From Haplodiscus bocki (taxonomy: Eukaryota), in NCBI GenBank assembly GCA_965655095.1, contig OZ296658.1:51088001-51152000 (forward strand): 64,000 nucleotides of DNA, in the 5' to 3' direction. Below are positions 12,222-25,336 of this stretch, piece by piece (positions within the stretch are counted from its first letter, which is position 1; each line of letters starts with the position of its first letter). The translations under genes and the position numbers were made by a program. Below the pieces are notes generated by a model. It searched no databases. It saw only the letters and a program-made list of their open reading frames with translations, and had not been told where the DNA came from.

Positions 12222-12618
12222 GCACCTGTTTTTAGGGCAATGTGTCCTTCGATCGCACCAACAGGTCCAAAGATCCAGTAACTACCACAAGGACTTTTAA
12301 GAGAAGTAACTGCTCTCAACTTACTCGACTCGAACTATCGGGCATAAACTTGTTAGAAGCCGAGAAGTTCGAGCTTCTGATGTGACGAATGTTTGTATTT
12401 GAAGGAATGAATCCCGTTCGTGTTGTGGCGAGCTCCTCAAAAGGGATGTCCGAGACATGATTCATCTCCAGTTTTAACGTTTCGGTTCCTTTCTCATTCG
12501 CGTCGTTGTGTTTCGTTACATGTAACAGAAGAGAATGTTTGGAATTCTGGAAACCTATAGTCGCCCTCTACAGGTTCTAAGACCCCGGCTTTACCACCCA
12601 GGGATGACGCAGGGACTT

Positions 12619-13801
12619 CTCGGGTCGAAATTTTGACTGAAATTTTTCTACGATAACGGCGGATCGGCGGAAAAAAATGGCAAAACCGCCGGTAATTCGT
12701 AGAAAAATAACGGCGGTTACCGGCGTTTCTTGGAAAACTAACAGCCAGTACAGCCGTTTCTTAGGAAATTTCCGGCAATAAATTACTACCCATATCTTAG
12801 AAAAATAACGGCAGACTTCGATTCGCCACTATCTTAGCCGCTGTCGTTCAACATTATTAGCGAAAGTTTCCAATTTTCGACCACCTCAAATATATAGTCA
12901 AAAGGATAAAAAAAGTATACCAAGTTGTCGAACAAAAGGAGCAATATGCATAAGACTTAATACATCTAAAAAGACAAAACGCTTGCGTCAAAAGGAGAAG
13001 AAAATGAAGGAAATTGTCGCACAATACTCCCTTCCAAAAACAAGGTTTGCAGATGATGGAAACAGAAGTCCTTATGTTTCAAGTTAAAGGTTCTCAGTTT
13101 GTGGGCGCAAGATAGCCCATTTGACACGTTCCACGAGAACTTGGCCTCCATAAGACCCCAAAAGCTGAAAAACAGAATCGAGATATCACAAAAATGACAC
13201 CAAGGTGAAATTCAAACAGCCAGATTCCGATATGGAACAATATGAAAAAAGACTCAAAACCTCTAAAAAGACAAAACGTGTTAGTCAAAAGAAAAAAAAG
13301 TAAATATAGTTGTCCGACAACGCTCCCTTCAGAAACAATGTTTGCATATGATGGATTCAAGAGTCTTTATGTCTCAAGCTAAAAGGTTTTAGGATGTGGG
13401 TACCTGATAGTTCACTTAAAAGGATCTACGACAAGATCATGGCCTTCATAGGGCCCAAAAAACTACTTGACAGAATAGAGATATCAGAATGAAAACGAAC
13501 AGAAATGAAAACAGCCTGATTTAAGATATCGCACTACATAGAAAAGGCCCAAAATCTGGTTTTCCGATGGGGTACGCTTTTTCTGCATCAGTATCAAAAA
13601 TGTTACCGGCGCTTTTTTTGTGGGATATCGGCCGAAATAACGGCTTTTCGTTAAAAAATAGCGGCGGTCAACTTCATTTCTCTGCAAAAGTTCTACGATA
13701 ACGGCGCATCGGCGGTTCTTAGAAGATTAACGGCGGTATCAGCGGAATTACCGGCGATGTTAGAAAAATAACGGCGAATCTCAAAAAAATTTTGACCCGG
13801 G
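12619..13801. mobile_element. Non-autonomous TIR DNA transposon, CACTA/EnSpm-like
   Basis: TIRs CTCGGGTCGAAATTTT / AAAATTTTGACCCGGG (14/16 match), TT on both flanks, clusters of subterminal ATAACGGCG repeats at both ends. Confidence 0.75.
12967..13555. repeat. Internal tandem duplication, ~297-bp period
   Basis: taaaaagacaaaacg at 12967 and 13264, with collinear diverged sequence after each. Confidence 0.8.
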
Positions 13802-14574
13802 TTCTTAACCATATCTTTCAACGGGTATTATCTCTGTCAGGACTGGGGGTACATGCATGCTCCGTAGTAAGATATCTTTGTGGTGGTAAACGCGGGAATT
13901 CTTTTTTTTTGAGTTGGGGAAAGATGCTTTGCTTTGAAAGAAGTTAATCTTGAACCTCAGTTGTTCGTTCAGTTCTCAGTCGTGCTATAGCGAGTTCGTA
14001 GAGTTTTGGAAAATTTTGAAGGAGACTTTTGGTAAAGTGTGAGTAAGAGAGCTTTCTTATGATCGCAGAGGAGCTGAGTTCATGAACGATTGGTTTCAAT
14101 CTAGATTCAGAGTTGCCCTCATAGAATGTTTGAAGAGTCGAGATAAAATGCGTATTTTTTCTCTGCTGACAATGCAAGAGCAGTCTCCTATTAGCTTCGA
14201 CTTCATTAATTCAATGATCACGTTCCATGAAAAACTCCGTTCCAATTGATCCGTCGAAAGGTGTCGAAACGGTTTTACCAGTTAGTCTATGAGAAGCTTC
14301 GATTTCTCCCACTAAACTTCGATGGTAGTAGTTCTCTATCATTTGCTTTTATCCGCTTCTTTAATTATCGGAGCCAATATTCGGTCAAAGCATAATCAGG
14401 ACTCTCCGCTCAGTTTCTTAAAGTTTTTTATTTTCCTTCCATATTTAATTATGGAAGGAAAATCACTCACTCAAAGCATGCGTTCTTTACGCTTCCTTGT
14501 CAATTGCACAATTGCACAAGATTGTGACTTTATAATGATCAAGTTACAGCAGATTTGCCGTAAAATGCGAATGA

Positions 14575-14892
14575 AATAAAAGGGTTTCCTAAAAACTTAC
14601 CAAAATAGTGGGTTTTCGTGAAAAAAGTTTTTTGATAAAAAAAAGAAATTTTTAGAAATTGAGAACAAGCAGCAAATGTGACGTAGAACGCGGAGAAAAT
14701 GGTAATATTTCAAAACAATGCCTTTTTGTCACCAGAATTTAGGGTTTTAAAAAATCCGATTTTCTTTCAAAATTGGGAAAGATTGGCCAATGTGATATAA
14801 AACGAATAAAGGAGGGTAATATTTCCTGAATACACATTTTTAACAAAATTTTGAGGGTGGAAAATATCCTTGTGGTAGCCTGGCGCCTTGTT
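14575..14892 (+). mobile_element. Possible non-autonomous Helitron-like 3' end
   Basis: Two ~115-bp diverged internal repeats (aaattg..aatgtga..ggtaatatttc), then a decayed GC-rich hairpin-like stretch followed by CTTGT. Confidence 0.3.
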
Positions 14893-15019
14893 GCTAGCAC
14901 TGATCAACTAACTTTTACTGTTTGAAGTTAACAGTCACAAATGTAGTTTACTTTATATTTGTAGCTTGATATCATCGCTGCAATTGTTTGAATTTGGATT
15001 GGAGTTATAACTCACAGGG

Positions 15020-15610
15020 TGTCGGGCGGTAATGCCGTACTCCCAATTTCCCTTGCTGACAAGGTTTTAGAGGTCCCGCTTTATGACTGGGTGAGCGCGT
15101 CAAGCCTGTGTCTGCTGGGTACCAGTAACCGCCGTTGGAGAATTAAGTGCCGAGCCTTTTTGGATCAATTGGTTCAGCAGTTGAATCAATGTGTATATTT
15201 GCTCGTTCAGTGGTCTTAAGATCGCCTTGATCCTTTCCTTCATCAATTCGTATGAGACTCCGTAGGTAGGTTCTTCGATTCGTTCTGGGTCACGCGATGC
15301 GGAAGCTTAGTTGGTTTTTTCGGCGCTCACGGATATTTTAGGATGCAAGATGTTACTGTATGTCTTTCCATTTCCTAATATTCCCAAGCCGGGATAAAAA
15401 CTCGAAAAAAGTTGAATTTGATTTTGTATTTTTGATGGTTCGATTGAGGATATAGGTATCAATTTCACAAAGTATAAAGTGAAAACGGATGCAAAGGGAT
15501 GTGTGTATGTAAGCAAGGTTTCGTAATTTCCCCGGGCAACTATATCTCTCGATGTCTCAATATTTCTCTGAAGTATTGTGGATTTCTCGTATAAACGTAA
15601 ACGTAGAACA
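15020..15610 (-). mobile_element. LTR (~590 bp) of a further family, truncating the Gypsy array; contains a coiled-coil ORF remnant
   Basis: TG...CA termini (tgtcggg...gtagaaca). The right edge is where homology to gag at ~57580 stops. Minus frame ..LMKERIKAILRPLNEQIYTLIQLLNQLIQ..GSTALPPD runs to the terminus. Flanks do not form a TSD. Confidence 0.6.
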
Positions 15611-17500
15611 GTCTTGCATATCAACTTCTGAAAAATTTCAGAGCCATCTATAAAAACGTCGACAAAGGCCAGTCCACGTACGTGCCAAATATGCTTCTGG
15701 TTTGGACTAGTCGGTTCAGGACCAGGTTGATGAATTGTACGGGTTTTCATACCCTTAAGGAATTGCTCTGGTCGGTATCTCCAGTCTGTGCCATCAACAA
15801 TTTGAAGTTGGCTAGAAAGTGGAGCACATGTAGGCACATTAAGAGTATATGGTTGGAGAGATGGTACAGGAAAATGAGTTTGAACAGGTAGATTAGAAGT
15901 TCTAGATAATGGAGGCTGATTGACCATCCAAGGAAGAAGAGTATGATTTGGGGGTTTGAGGTTATGGTCCGTTTATGTGGTGAAAGATACATAGTATTTA
16001 TTTGCGGAATTGTATAAAGTTGAGATGACTTAGTATGATATGGTTTTCTGAAGGTTTCAATAAGTGAAATGGTAGGGATAGAAAATTTTCATCAAATGAT
16101 CGGTATGAACGTTGAATTTAGAAGAAAAACAACATTGGAATGTTTAATTGTCGGTGTTTTTAATTGGATTGGTTGTTTAAAAGTGCTATTTTGAGTTTGA
16201 TGAGTTTGTAATTGTGTTTGAGGTATCATTTTAGCTAAACGTAGTCCAACAGAGGTATGTGAAAACAAAGGTGTAAGTGGTCGCGGACAAAAACTAGTTT
16301 TATCAAGTGCAGTTAAATGTGCTGGAGGGGATTGACGTAGGTTCTGGTGTGGTGTCGAAGGATCAGTTCGTTTATTATAGAAGGTATTCTCGATTTGATT
16401 TGGACTTTTAGGGGTTGGTTGTGTTGCCTGCAATGTAGTTGGTCAAATTAGAGCGAGATCTGGATCTGCAGAGAACAAGGTTCCTAGACATCAATCCATT
16501 TCTTGTCTTTTATAGAGAGTTGAAACTTTAATTTTAGAAAATGGAATAAGCGGAAGGATATTTCTACTATTTTGTAAATCAAAAACTTCATGAATTGGTT
16601 CCAATAATGTTAAACAATTCGATAAGATTGTCCTGTTTTTTGACAGTGCTCGTTCAGTTCCGAAAAGGTAATATTCATGAAACAGTTTTGAAGAAAATGG
16701 GAAAAGACAAGTTGTCAGATATCTGGATCGTCAACAAGGCTAAATTGGTCCAAGAATGAGCAAAAGATGATAGTGAGAAGATATATTCCTTTTTGCAATT
16801 TACTAACCGGGTCATTTTGCGGAAAACGGTTTCTGATAGAAACGGTAATTTCTTCCAAGGTTCCCAAATGGGAAATTATTTGACCGACACTTGAACTTTG
16901 TTGTGGGAATTGTGCATATGCAGTATCTGTTTCAGATGTGGTTTGAAGGAGAAGGTTTTGTAGAAGTTGATCATATACTTGAACTATCTCTTGCTTGAAA
17001 AAGTGGTTGGAATGTATTTTGTTTGGTTTCACCATAACTAAAATTGAGTGTGGTTGCACATTATCTTGAATAATCTGGAATTGATTAGTTTTTTGGTGTT
17101 ATAAGGCAAAAACAAAAAGATGTGAAAGAAGTTCTATATGGTGTAAGAGACAGGTAGTTTTATATATGAAAAATCGTTGTTTTTAGCATTTAGTAATAAA
17201 AGTACAAAAAGAAGTTACTCTATTATCAAGAGAAAGAAGATTTGATGTAGATTTGAATCATGGCGGTAGAGGTTATTGTTGGAGCTGTCGATTTGCTGTT
17301 TAAACGTATGTGAAGACATCTGTTATCTAAACAAAAAAATCAGTGAGGGAGAATGACAGAAAGTACACACTTCGGAACATTCGGTGCGAGGATTGAGGAC
17401 GACGCGATTGTAGTGAGGGTGGTACGTTTGCCTAAATTTGAAGCGAGGTTTTGGTAAAAGAAGTAATTTTGAAACACCTACAAGGAATTGAATTCAAAAG
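15611..17500 (-). pseudogene. Gypsy 5' leader and gag N-terminal part (truncated unit)
   Basis: LQIVDGTDWRYRPEQFLKGMKTRTIHQPGPEP..WHVR (capsid-start FDG motif); homologous to 57580-59240. Confidence 0.75.
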
Positions 17501-17508
17501 TCGCACCA

Positions 17509-18275
17509 GTTGAACTAAGCAAATTGATCAGTCTTTCATGTCCATTGATATCACTCGATCTTAAGTCTAAGTAGGAACCTCTGCAAACTTACTGCTTAAA
17601 TCAAATGTACCGATTGCGTAAATACTAATTCTAGAACGGAAGACCTTTCTTCTAAAACTTCACTTCCCTTAATCTTAGTCTTACAATGCTTTGTGGAACA
17701 TTCCACCCTGTAACGTTGGGTTAGCTCTTCAGCCTTTTTTTCTCATATTTTTATTACAAAGCGTTGGTTAACCTTCTTCCGTTAGAGAGTTTTTTCTTTT
17801 ATCCAGTCCGCCTTATCTGGGTCTGAAGATGTTTGTTTATTTGTTGTTGTTTTTTCATATCGATCTATTTTCAACATCGGGAAAATTTATTGTTGTTTGC
17901 TGTTTCTTATACGAAGCTGACAATTGTTCTACTTTATATTGATAACATCCGCAGTAACAGTAACAGCTGTTCCACAGTTCATTAGTTTCCACAAAAGAAT
18001 TGTAATGTTGTTTATTAGATAAGTTAAGAGATAGGATGTTTGTGCCGTCATCAGTTGACAACAATGTAATCGAAATTAATTGAGAACTTGATTGATTGCT
18101 AGCAGCTAGTGGCTTTCTCCGTTCGTGTTCTTTAAAGAGGAGGTATAGAGGTCGAGAATGTTGAAATGAGTTGTTTTTGTTAAATTTGATCATCTGTGGC
18201 TGCAGTTATAATATTTATTGCTACATATTTGTTGGATAAGTCAGTTTGGATTTGCTACACAGTTTAGTTCACACA
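17509..18275 (-). repeat. Gypsy LTR-A copy 1
   Basis: Minus strand: PPT gtgaaaaggagaat, start TG(TG)TGAACTAA, end TTAGTTCA(ac) (inverted termini), then PBS TGGTGCGACT. Confidence 0.85.
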
Positions 18276-18499
18276 ATTCTCCTTTTCACGAAATGTAGGA
18301 CTTCATTTTCTACTCAATGCTCAAGATTGTATAGTGGGCCTATTTTATGTGGCTTTTCTTTCTCAAAAGAAATGCTTAAAGGTTTTCTCTTTTGAATGTA
18401 AGTTGTTGTCTATGCCTCCTGGGTTAAGTAGTCTTATCAATCATAACGGTAGGAGCTGTTCCCATAGTGGGCAAAAAAGTAGAGTGGTGAGTGGTTTAT

Positions 18500-21200
18500 T
18501 GGTTTTAAATTAAAAAGGTTGACAAATCAACTTAAGGTAGGAGATGTTAATGTTCAGAAAAATTTAAAGGCAAATAAGTTCTAAATGAGAAAGAGGATAG
18601 AAGTAAAGTATGTAATTTTAGGTATGTGGTGATAAAAAAGGAAATTAGAAAAGAGTAACATTTACAAATCCAATGAGTGCTATACAACAGTGAGAAAGAA
18701 TATTAACATGAAAGGTGTTAAATGCTTAGTCAGATCAGTCTTATAAATTTTTAGGGTGTTTTTTTGAAGGAATGAGTGTATTATGAAAGTCAAGGTAAGG
18801 TTTCAGTTTCTGAATTTATTCAGAGACTTCATCCTGTATTTTTTCAACATGTCCATTGTTTGTTTTTATTAATTCAGCAAACAGTGGGGGGTTAGGTTCT
18901 TGCAATAGAGTGAATAGAGTGCGAATGAATGCAAAATTTTTGAAGTGAATCATGCGAAGATGCATGTCAATTTGCACGTGGTTGTGGTATTTGGAGGAAA
19001 TATATGAGTTTTGTGACTAAAAGGTCAAGTTGTGCAATATTATTTGAAGAGGTTAGGAGATGCATATAAAAGTGAAGTGGTGTAGGAGCGATAGGTTGGG
19101 ACATTTAAGAGTGGAAAAGTTAGTCAGTTTGAGTGGTTAATAGAGAAGGTCGTTGGTTATCGTAAACGTAGAGATGCGGATCATGTATTGAACGACCTTC
19201 ACGTCGGACAATGAGAGGCCGGTTGGGTTTCTTTCTGAATTGTAGAAAAAAAATATTCTTTAGGAGGTTCATAAATCCGGATACGGCCATGCAAGTAAGA
19301 GGAGTTGAGTGTGTATTGAGTTGAGGGTGAATAGGGTGATGAGTTTTTAGTGTGAATGAAAATTCTTTAGTACGCTATGTGTGGTCAGTATAGAATTTTT
19401 CAAAGGACTATCGGTGTATTTTTTTATATGATTGAATCCGATCGAGTGAAGAGTTAGAAGTGGGTAAATTTAGTAGGTCAAAATTCTTGGGTTCAATAAA
19501 GTTAAATCCTAATTGCATCAAGTTAAAGTTAGGTTTACACCAAAAATCATAAGAGTTAGTTGCTTTAGAGACATGTGAACATAGATGATCTTTAGCAGAG
19601 TCTAATGCAAGGAGTGTAAATTGATAATCAGTTTCTTGCATGTAGAATTGAGTTTTTGTAGGGTTGTAGAGAATAGCAGGCGCCTATAACTGGGGGCTGT
19701 GAATATCACGGATTTCAGTAATTGTGTTGGGAAAAAAAGTGTAGGTGGATGGATTGAAGGGGTGCATGGCATCGGTGATGTAAAAGGTGTGGGCTGAAAT
19801 TTGAGGTGTAGAACAGGAAGATATCGTGCGTCGTTAGTGAAATGGCATGCAGGTGGAATTTTGGGTCAAATCTATAGCGTTTATGGATTGGGTACTAGGA
19901 AAGCTAGTTAGAAACAAAGTAGACACGATAGACGGACAACGTGGATTGCTAAATAGGAGTGTAAATGATAGTGAAGCAGTTCTGTTAACACATGCGGATT
20001 GACTGGTTAGTGGAGGTACAAGCATTGATTTGAGATTTCGTGTAGCATGCAAAGAAGTACAGGTAGAGAAATATGGTTCTTAGGAAGAATTAGTAGGAGT
20101 TACTTGTTGAGTGGTACCAGAAGAGTTAGCAAAAAACAATTTTGGGGGGTTTTGAATGTGAGGTGGTAATACTAAAGTATTTTGAAGGTCTTGCAATTGA
20201 ATATTCGATTGTGAAGGAGGAGAACAGTTCACAGGAGGAGGGGTTGCAGGGACCATGTTGATGTCTGATTTTGAGGGATAGTAAGTTCGAGCGACGTCGA
20301 ATTGTTTGAGAAAATAATGTCGAAAGGTAGAAAAACTGGTCTTCGTCTCGGAGCAAAGTAGCGGGTTGGTATGATTTTGAGGGTTCCATCGCAAAAAAAT
20401 GAGAGGAGCATTTTTAAATTAAAATGTTGATCAAAATTTATTACTTTGAGGTTAAAAGAGCTGCAAATTGAAACAAAATTTTTAAAATGATTGCTTTCTA
20501 AGGTAGCGAAGGCATGTACAGCTCTGAAAGAATTAGGTAACATAAGGGTATTGCCCAGAAATAGGCGAAAAGTTTTTTTTTCGTCAACAGACATGCAGCG
20601 ACAGTTAGTTCTTTGAGCTCTCAAATTATACTGGGAAATTTCAACTGAAGTGAGGCAGTTTCGGTTGAAGTTTTTTTTTATTTGACGTCAAATTTGTATT
20701 TCTTTATTTGACGGCAACGTAGACAGCGAAAGTGTCACAGAGAAGTTTTTTGGTGAGAATTTGTTGGAGAGAGTATTGTTTACGAAAAAATTTTATATTT
20801 TTGATTCAAGTAAAACTTCTGCTGAAACTTTTTGTGTGATCAAGGGTTTTTTGACGGTTGGAGCACATTTGTTTGCAAGAAATCATGCAAATAATTAATT
20901 TTTAAAATTAGTTTCTTGATATATTTTACGAGGGTTCGTTAAAAGAACTTCCCATTTGAAATTTGTTTTTGGGTAACCCAAATCGGTGTTGAAAACATTG
21001 CAATTCGGTAATTTGTGGTAATGTAAAACTGTTATCATTCTATTTAGGAAGGTTTTGTGGAGGTGGTTTTTTAGGCAGAAACCGATGAGTTAATTTGTGA
21101 GCGTCAGTTGATTTTCTTCTTAGTAATTGTTGCGTACGTTTAGTATAATTTTTTTGGGGTAGTAAGTCAATTTGGTTAAATGATCCTTTAGATGGTGTGT
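18500..21200 (-). pseudogene. Post-env orphan coding-like region, copy 1
   Basis: Fragment ORFs 19408-19641, 20080-20394 and 20229-20624 recur at homologous positions in the other units; no recognisable domain. Confidence 0.55.
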
Positions 21201-21254
21201 TTAAATATTCGATAGTTGAATTTTAAGAAACAAAGCCAAATTAGGTATAAAATT

Positions 21255-22178
21255 TTATGTTGGTGTAACAACGTCCCCTGCGATATTTTGGGTGGTTTCA
21301 TTTGAAACACGAAGTTTGCTTGATGAATCTGTATTATTGGGAATGGTTGTATTAGAAGATGATTGATTTGGTGGAGTTGACTTTGGGTTTTCATAATTGC
21401 CCCTATTTTTTGGTGGATAGATTGTTCGTTTCAAAAAAAGTTTCTGCTGTTGAAGTGAATAAAACTGCAAAAAAATTATCTGTGAGCCAAAGATTTGAAT
21501 TAATTAAAGAGTAATTAATACATAAATTAGAATTGTTACTGCAAAATGAATAAAAAGTTACAATGCTTATTTCAAACCACATTTTGTTCCGATGTAATAG
21601 GGTCAACCAAAAGTATTGAATTGCATTGTTTTGAACCAGTCTTAATTTGAAAATAGTTTTAGTGTTAAAGTACTATCCGTTGATCCTATTCGCATTTGTA
21701 TTGTCCGATAGCATTGCCAAGAATCTTTTTTGTGGCCAGAATTTGGATTACCATCGTCTAAGAAATCATAGCTTGTTGTTTTACGAAGAACTAGACTTGT
21801 TTTGTCTGAATGCTGTGTCAACAGAAATGTATTCCCAGACTTTTTTATACGTTTAAGTGGATAAAGGCCTCCAGTATGCACAGAGAATGTGTTTGGTTGA
21901 ATTGTACTTCAAAAATCCGGAGGTTTAAAAAGAACTGGAGGTCTTGTTTTACTGGCATTGGTTTTGAAAGATAATAATCATTTCCATCAGGGTTTACTGC
22001 ATTGAAATTAGCTGGGTTACTATCACATGCGATTTCTTTTTCTAACGATTATGTTTGATGACTTACAGGATCTACAAAATAGTGTGTATCTTGACAAAGA
22101 AAGAGTATTTTGTCAAAGTATTTCTCCCTGTGAGTATAAGGCGGAGAAAGATAATGTTGGCATTCACATAACCGAAGC
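21255..22178 (-). pseudogene. env: env C-terminal part (class III fusogen-like), copy 1
   Basis: LRLCECQHYLSP..YFDKIL..YFVDPVSHQT..EIACDSNP..HTGGLYP..LLTQHSDKT, then hydrophobic TM-like segment and Ser/Thr-rich tail. Confidence 0.75.
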
Positions 22179-25100
22179 CATATCGGGATCCATGGTGGTA
22201 TGTGGTTTCTTGGAGGGTCTTCTGTGCTCGCGCGTCCGCTGCGGAGCACACGTCGACTTGTTTTCAAGACCCGCATTACTCGATGTCATACCAAGTACGT
22301 ATTTTGTCAACTATATTTGAAATGGATTCTCTTTGAGTAACAGCCTTGAAGCTTGTCGATAGTAGACCAGACGTCGAGGGTATTGGACCAATCAATACCC
22401 AACCCAACGGTAAACGGACGGCTAATGGAGTTTTGTTTCGGTCGGATCAAAATACTCCAATGGGCGGATACAGTGGAACATATCCTGACCAAGAATCATT
22501 TCGATATCTCCATGACTTTACTTTTCCAAAGAAATTGGTTAAATTTGCCGATATTGGACTTGTATTGAATCGAAATCAATTACTTCGGTTCCAACGTTCA
22601 AGTCTTTTCTCACATACGGCTTGGCTTTAAAAGACGGGCAAGAGCTACCCGAAAGAACCGGTGTCAACTTCAACTGGACAAGTTGTGTGTCAATGGTTTG
22701 ATGTGATTTATTTCCGTGAATTGTAAGTTACAAAACTGTGCCTTGCACATTCAATTTTTTAACCAGATTCTGGGAAGAATACGAGTTATTGCATGCAGAA
22801 TTACAGGGGACAAGGACTTTTCGATTTTGGAAGGATGATTGCAAAAGGACCTCAGTAATCTGCGATAGTCCGTTAACATTCGTCTTGAAGGCCTGCCGGG
22901 GCTCTCTTTTGTTCTGTTCTGCACAACAGTTACATTGCTTACCGTAATTTCCTCAGTTAGTCAGTTTCTTTGCCGTTTTTTGTCGAAAAATTCCTTAGGA
23001 GCCCTGGAGCAAGGTGTTATGACTGCTTGAGCAGCCTTGCTTGAAGCGCGTGCACGATTTTGGACTTTTGCGGAAAGAATGTCGCCCAATCAAGCATCGA
23101 AAACAAGGGTTGTTGTCTGCAACTAATTTCGTCTGTTAGATAGTCGTCTTTTCAAGGAACACCGGACAACGCCACAAGTGTTGCTTTTCTTTACAAGCAG
23201 TACAATTAGTGGTCGAATGTCTGCTTTGTCTCCTATTGATGTTGTTTGATTGGAGCTGCCTGACGCAAATTTTTTGGTTCCGGTCTTCATTCTGATAACA
23301 ATAGCAGATGGGTTGCTGTCTTCGGTTTTCGGTTTTACTGAGGACAATTTAATTCTCCCATGTGCCTCTGCTTTGTTCTTCAACCAATCCTTGAATTTGA
23401 CTGATGTCGGACGATTCCAGTTCTTCTTCACGATATGCATTGAACAAGATCCTTTCAACTTTGGTGGAATTTTCTGTGTCGCTTGGCCTAAGAGGGAAGC
23501 ACTGGGCAAATAGGGATGGTGGTGCAATGACCGAAAAACTCCTCTTAAAGCAGAGATTGTCCCCGAATAACTGATGAAACGTTGACTGATATGCCTTTTC
23601 AGTGGCGGAAGTTTGCTGAGTTGATACACGTAAACACTCACTACTGCCTGTGGCTTCCCGAATTCCATTCTAATGTCTTCTTTGCGCCCTTGTACGAAGT
23701 TCCGCAGTGAGCAAAATCTGCAATCGATGTCTCTGCCTGGCCAATCATTAGAGTCTTTGATTAGATCAATTAATTTAACACCGTCCGTTAGTGAAGCTGA
23801 GCCAAAGGCACTTTTAAACTGGCCTGGCCATTCGTGCCCTTGTAAAGGATTGCCGCTGTATTGCGCCAGTTTCCACTACGTTAGATTGTCTTTTCTTGAG
23901 GACGCCAGCAGTTGAGCTAAATCTTGTACCCTGAAAGCAGTAGGTTCCGATTAAGGCAATAGACCCAGCGGGTACAACTTCGGGTCCTCCAATTGTCATC
24001 GCAGCTGTTAAAACAACGATATTTGGTATAGCACTTCCTTCAAAGTTCGCTCCTGAGGATGAATTCATTTGGTAAACACTGCCACCACCTGTTACAGGAA
24101 CCACTTGTAGAACTGTAGCGTTGTTGCCAATATCCGTTTTTGGTGCTCTTGAAAAGTTTGCGGAGTTGACTATGATATGGCAGTATTTGGCTGTGAAGAT
24201 CCGGTCGTTGGAAAATTTCATGCTGAAAGTTTTGGCAAAACATGGTTGGCTAGCACGGTGAAACTTGAGTTTGGTTTCGAAGTAGCTATCTTTTGTTGAG
24301 CTCAAGGACACAGGGTCGAGGTTTGTTGGTTCTAATTGCGGTTGAGTGGCATTCGATTTAGCGGAGTATTGGGCCTTGTTTAAAGATGACTGAAACGGAC
24401 TTGTCCTATCTTGAACAATAACGGAAGGCGGAGTAATTTCAGTCGCATCGTTGGAAGGAGTCCCCATTAGGAGCACTCCAACTGATACAAAACTTGGACA
24501 TGGTTGCAATCTGTCCACGTCTTTCCGTTTCTACTGTAGAGTCCTGCACCTTAGTAATTTGGTTTTTGACATCGGTTGACGCGTTGGTAACCCAATTATT
24601 CAGTCTCACAACTTTTACACTTTGACTGTGCGCAATAAGTTCGAACAAAGCATCCGGCAGGCTTTGGCAGGTTTTCAAGACTTCTTCGATTAGTTCTAAT
24701 TCAGTCAATGTTGCTTCCACCAGTCTCCTTGTTTTATCTTCTTCCAGCTCAGCAAGCATCAACGCTTGTTCTTTTTTCATTCGCCCTTCTTTCTGCTTGA
24801 GCCACTGGAGGTCAAGTTCTTGGTTCTGCTGAACCAGACGCAACATACCTCAGTTCTGTTTGTCCTTCTTTTGGCGTCGGTATATTGCAATGAAAAGCTG
24901 TCACTGGCTAGATGTCTTAGAAATTCCAGAAGTGGAGCTTTTGAAGTCTGAGAAGCAGACTTGGCTTTCTGATCGGTTTTGACGGAAGACTGCGAAAATT
25001 TCTGCGTTTCAGGAAGGCCACCGGTATACTCACGAGCCCTTTTCAAAACTTTGTCGTTGTCCAGAGTCTAATCGCTCGGCCAGCTTTCCAACTCACTTTT

Positions 25101-25314
25101 CATTGTTTCAGGACCTGTAGTTTTATCTGCCAAAGAGTACCGTTGTTCGTCTTTACTAAATGATTTGGTCATTGCCCTTTCGCACGATTTAACCAAACGT
25201 TCAACTCTTACATTCTTTCCTGCGTTATCTACAGCTTCCATTATTTTTGCTGGTACCTTTTCAACTCCGCCTCCACTTTCGCACGAATTTCATAAAGTTT
25301 TTTCAGGTTTTCAT
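22179..25314 (-). pseudogene. BEL/Pao gag-protease, 3'-truncated
   Basis: DUF1759-type WKLAQYSGNPLQGHEWPGQFKSA..FGKPQAVV, triple zinc knuckle (CFRCL..HSFRKC..C..HNTLL) and DUF1758-type protease region. Confidence 0.85.
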
Positions 25315-25336
25315 GTTGTGAAACAGGCAACACCAA

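Noticed and set aside
11977-12319. Poly-X ORFs in the track
   Set aside because: Artefacts of the 200-N gap.
12640-13790. Clustered ATAACGGCG repeats as a CRISPR-like array
   Set aside because: Short, irregularly spaced subterminal transposon repeats in a eukaryotic context, with no cas genes.
16645-16884. 240-bp segment absent from the 58.6-kb copy, flanked by TTTGAC, as a new insertion
   Set aside because: No TIR, tail or LTR termini; equally explained by a microhomology deletion in the other copy.
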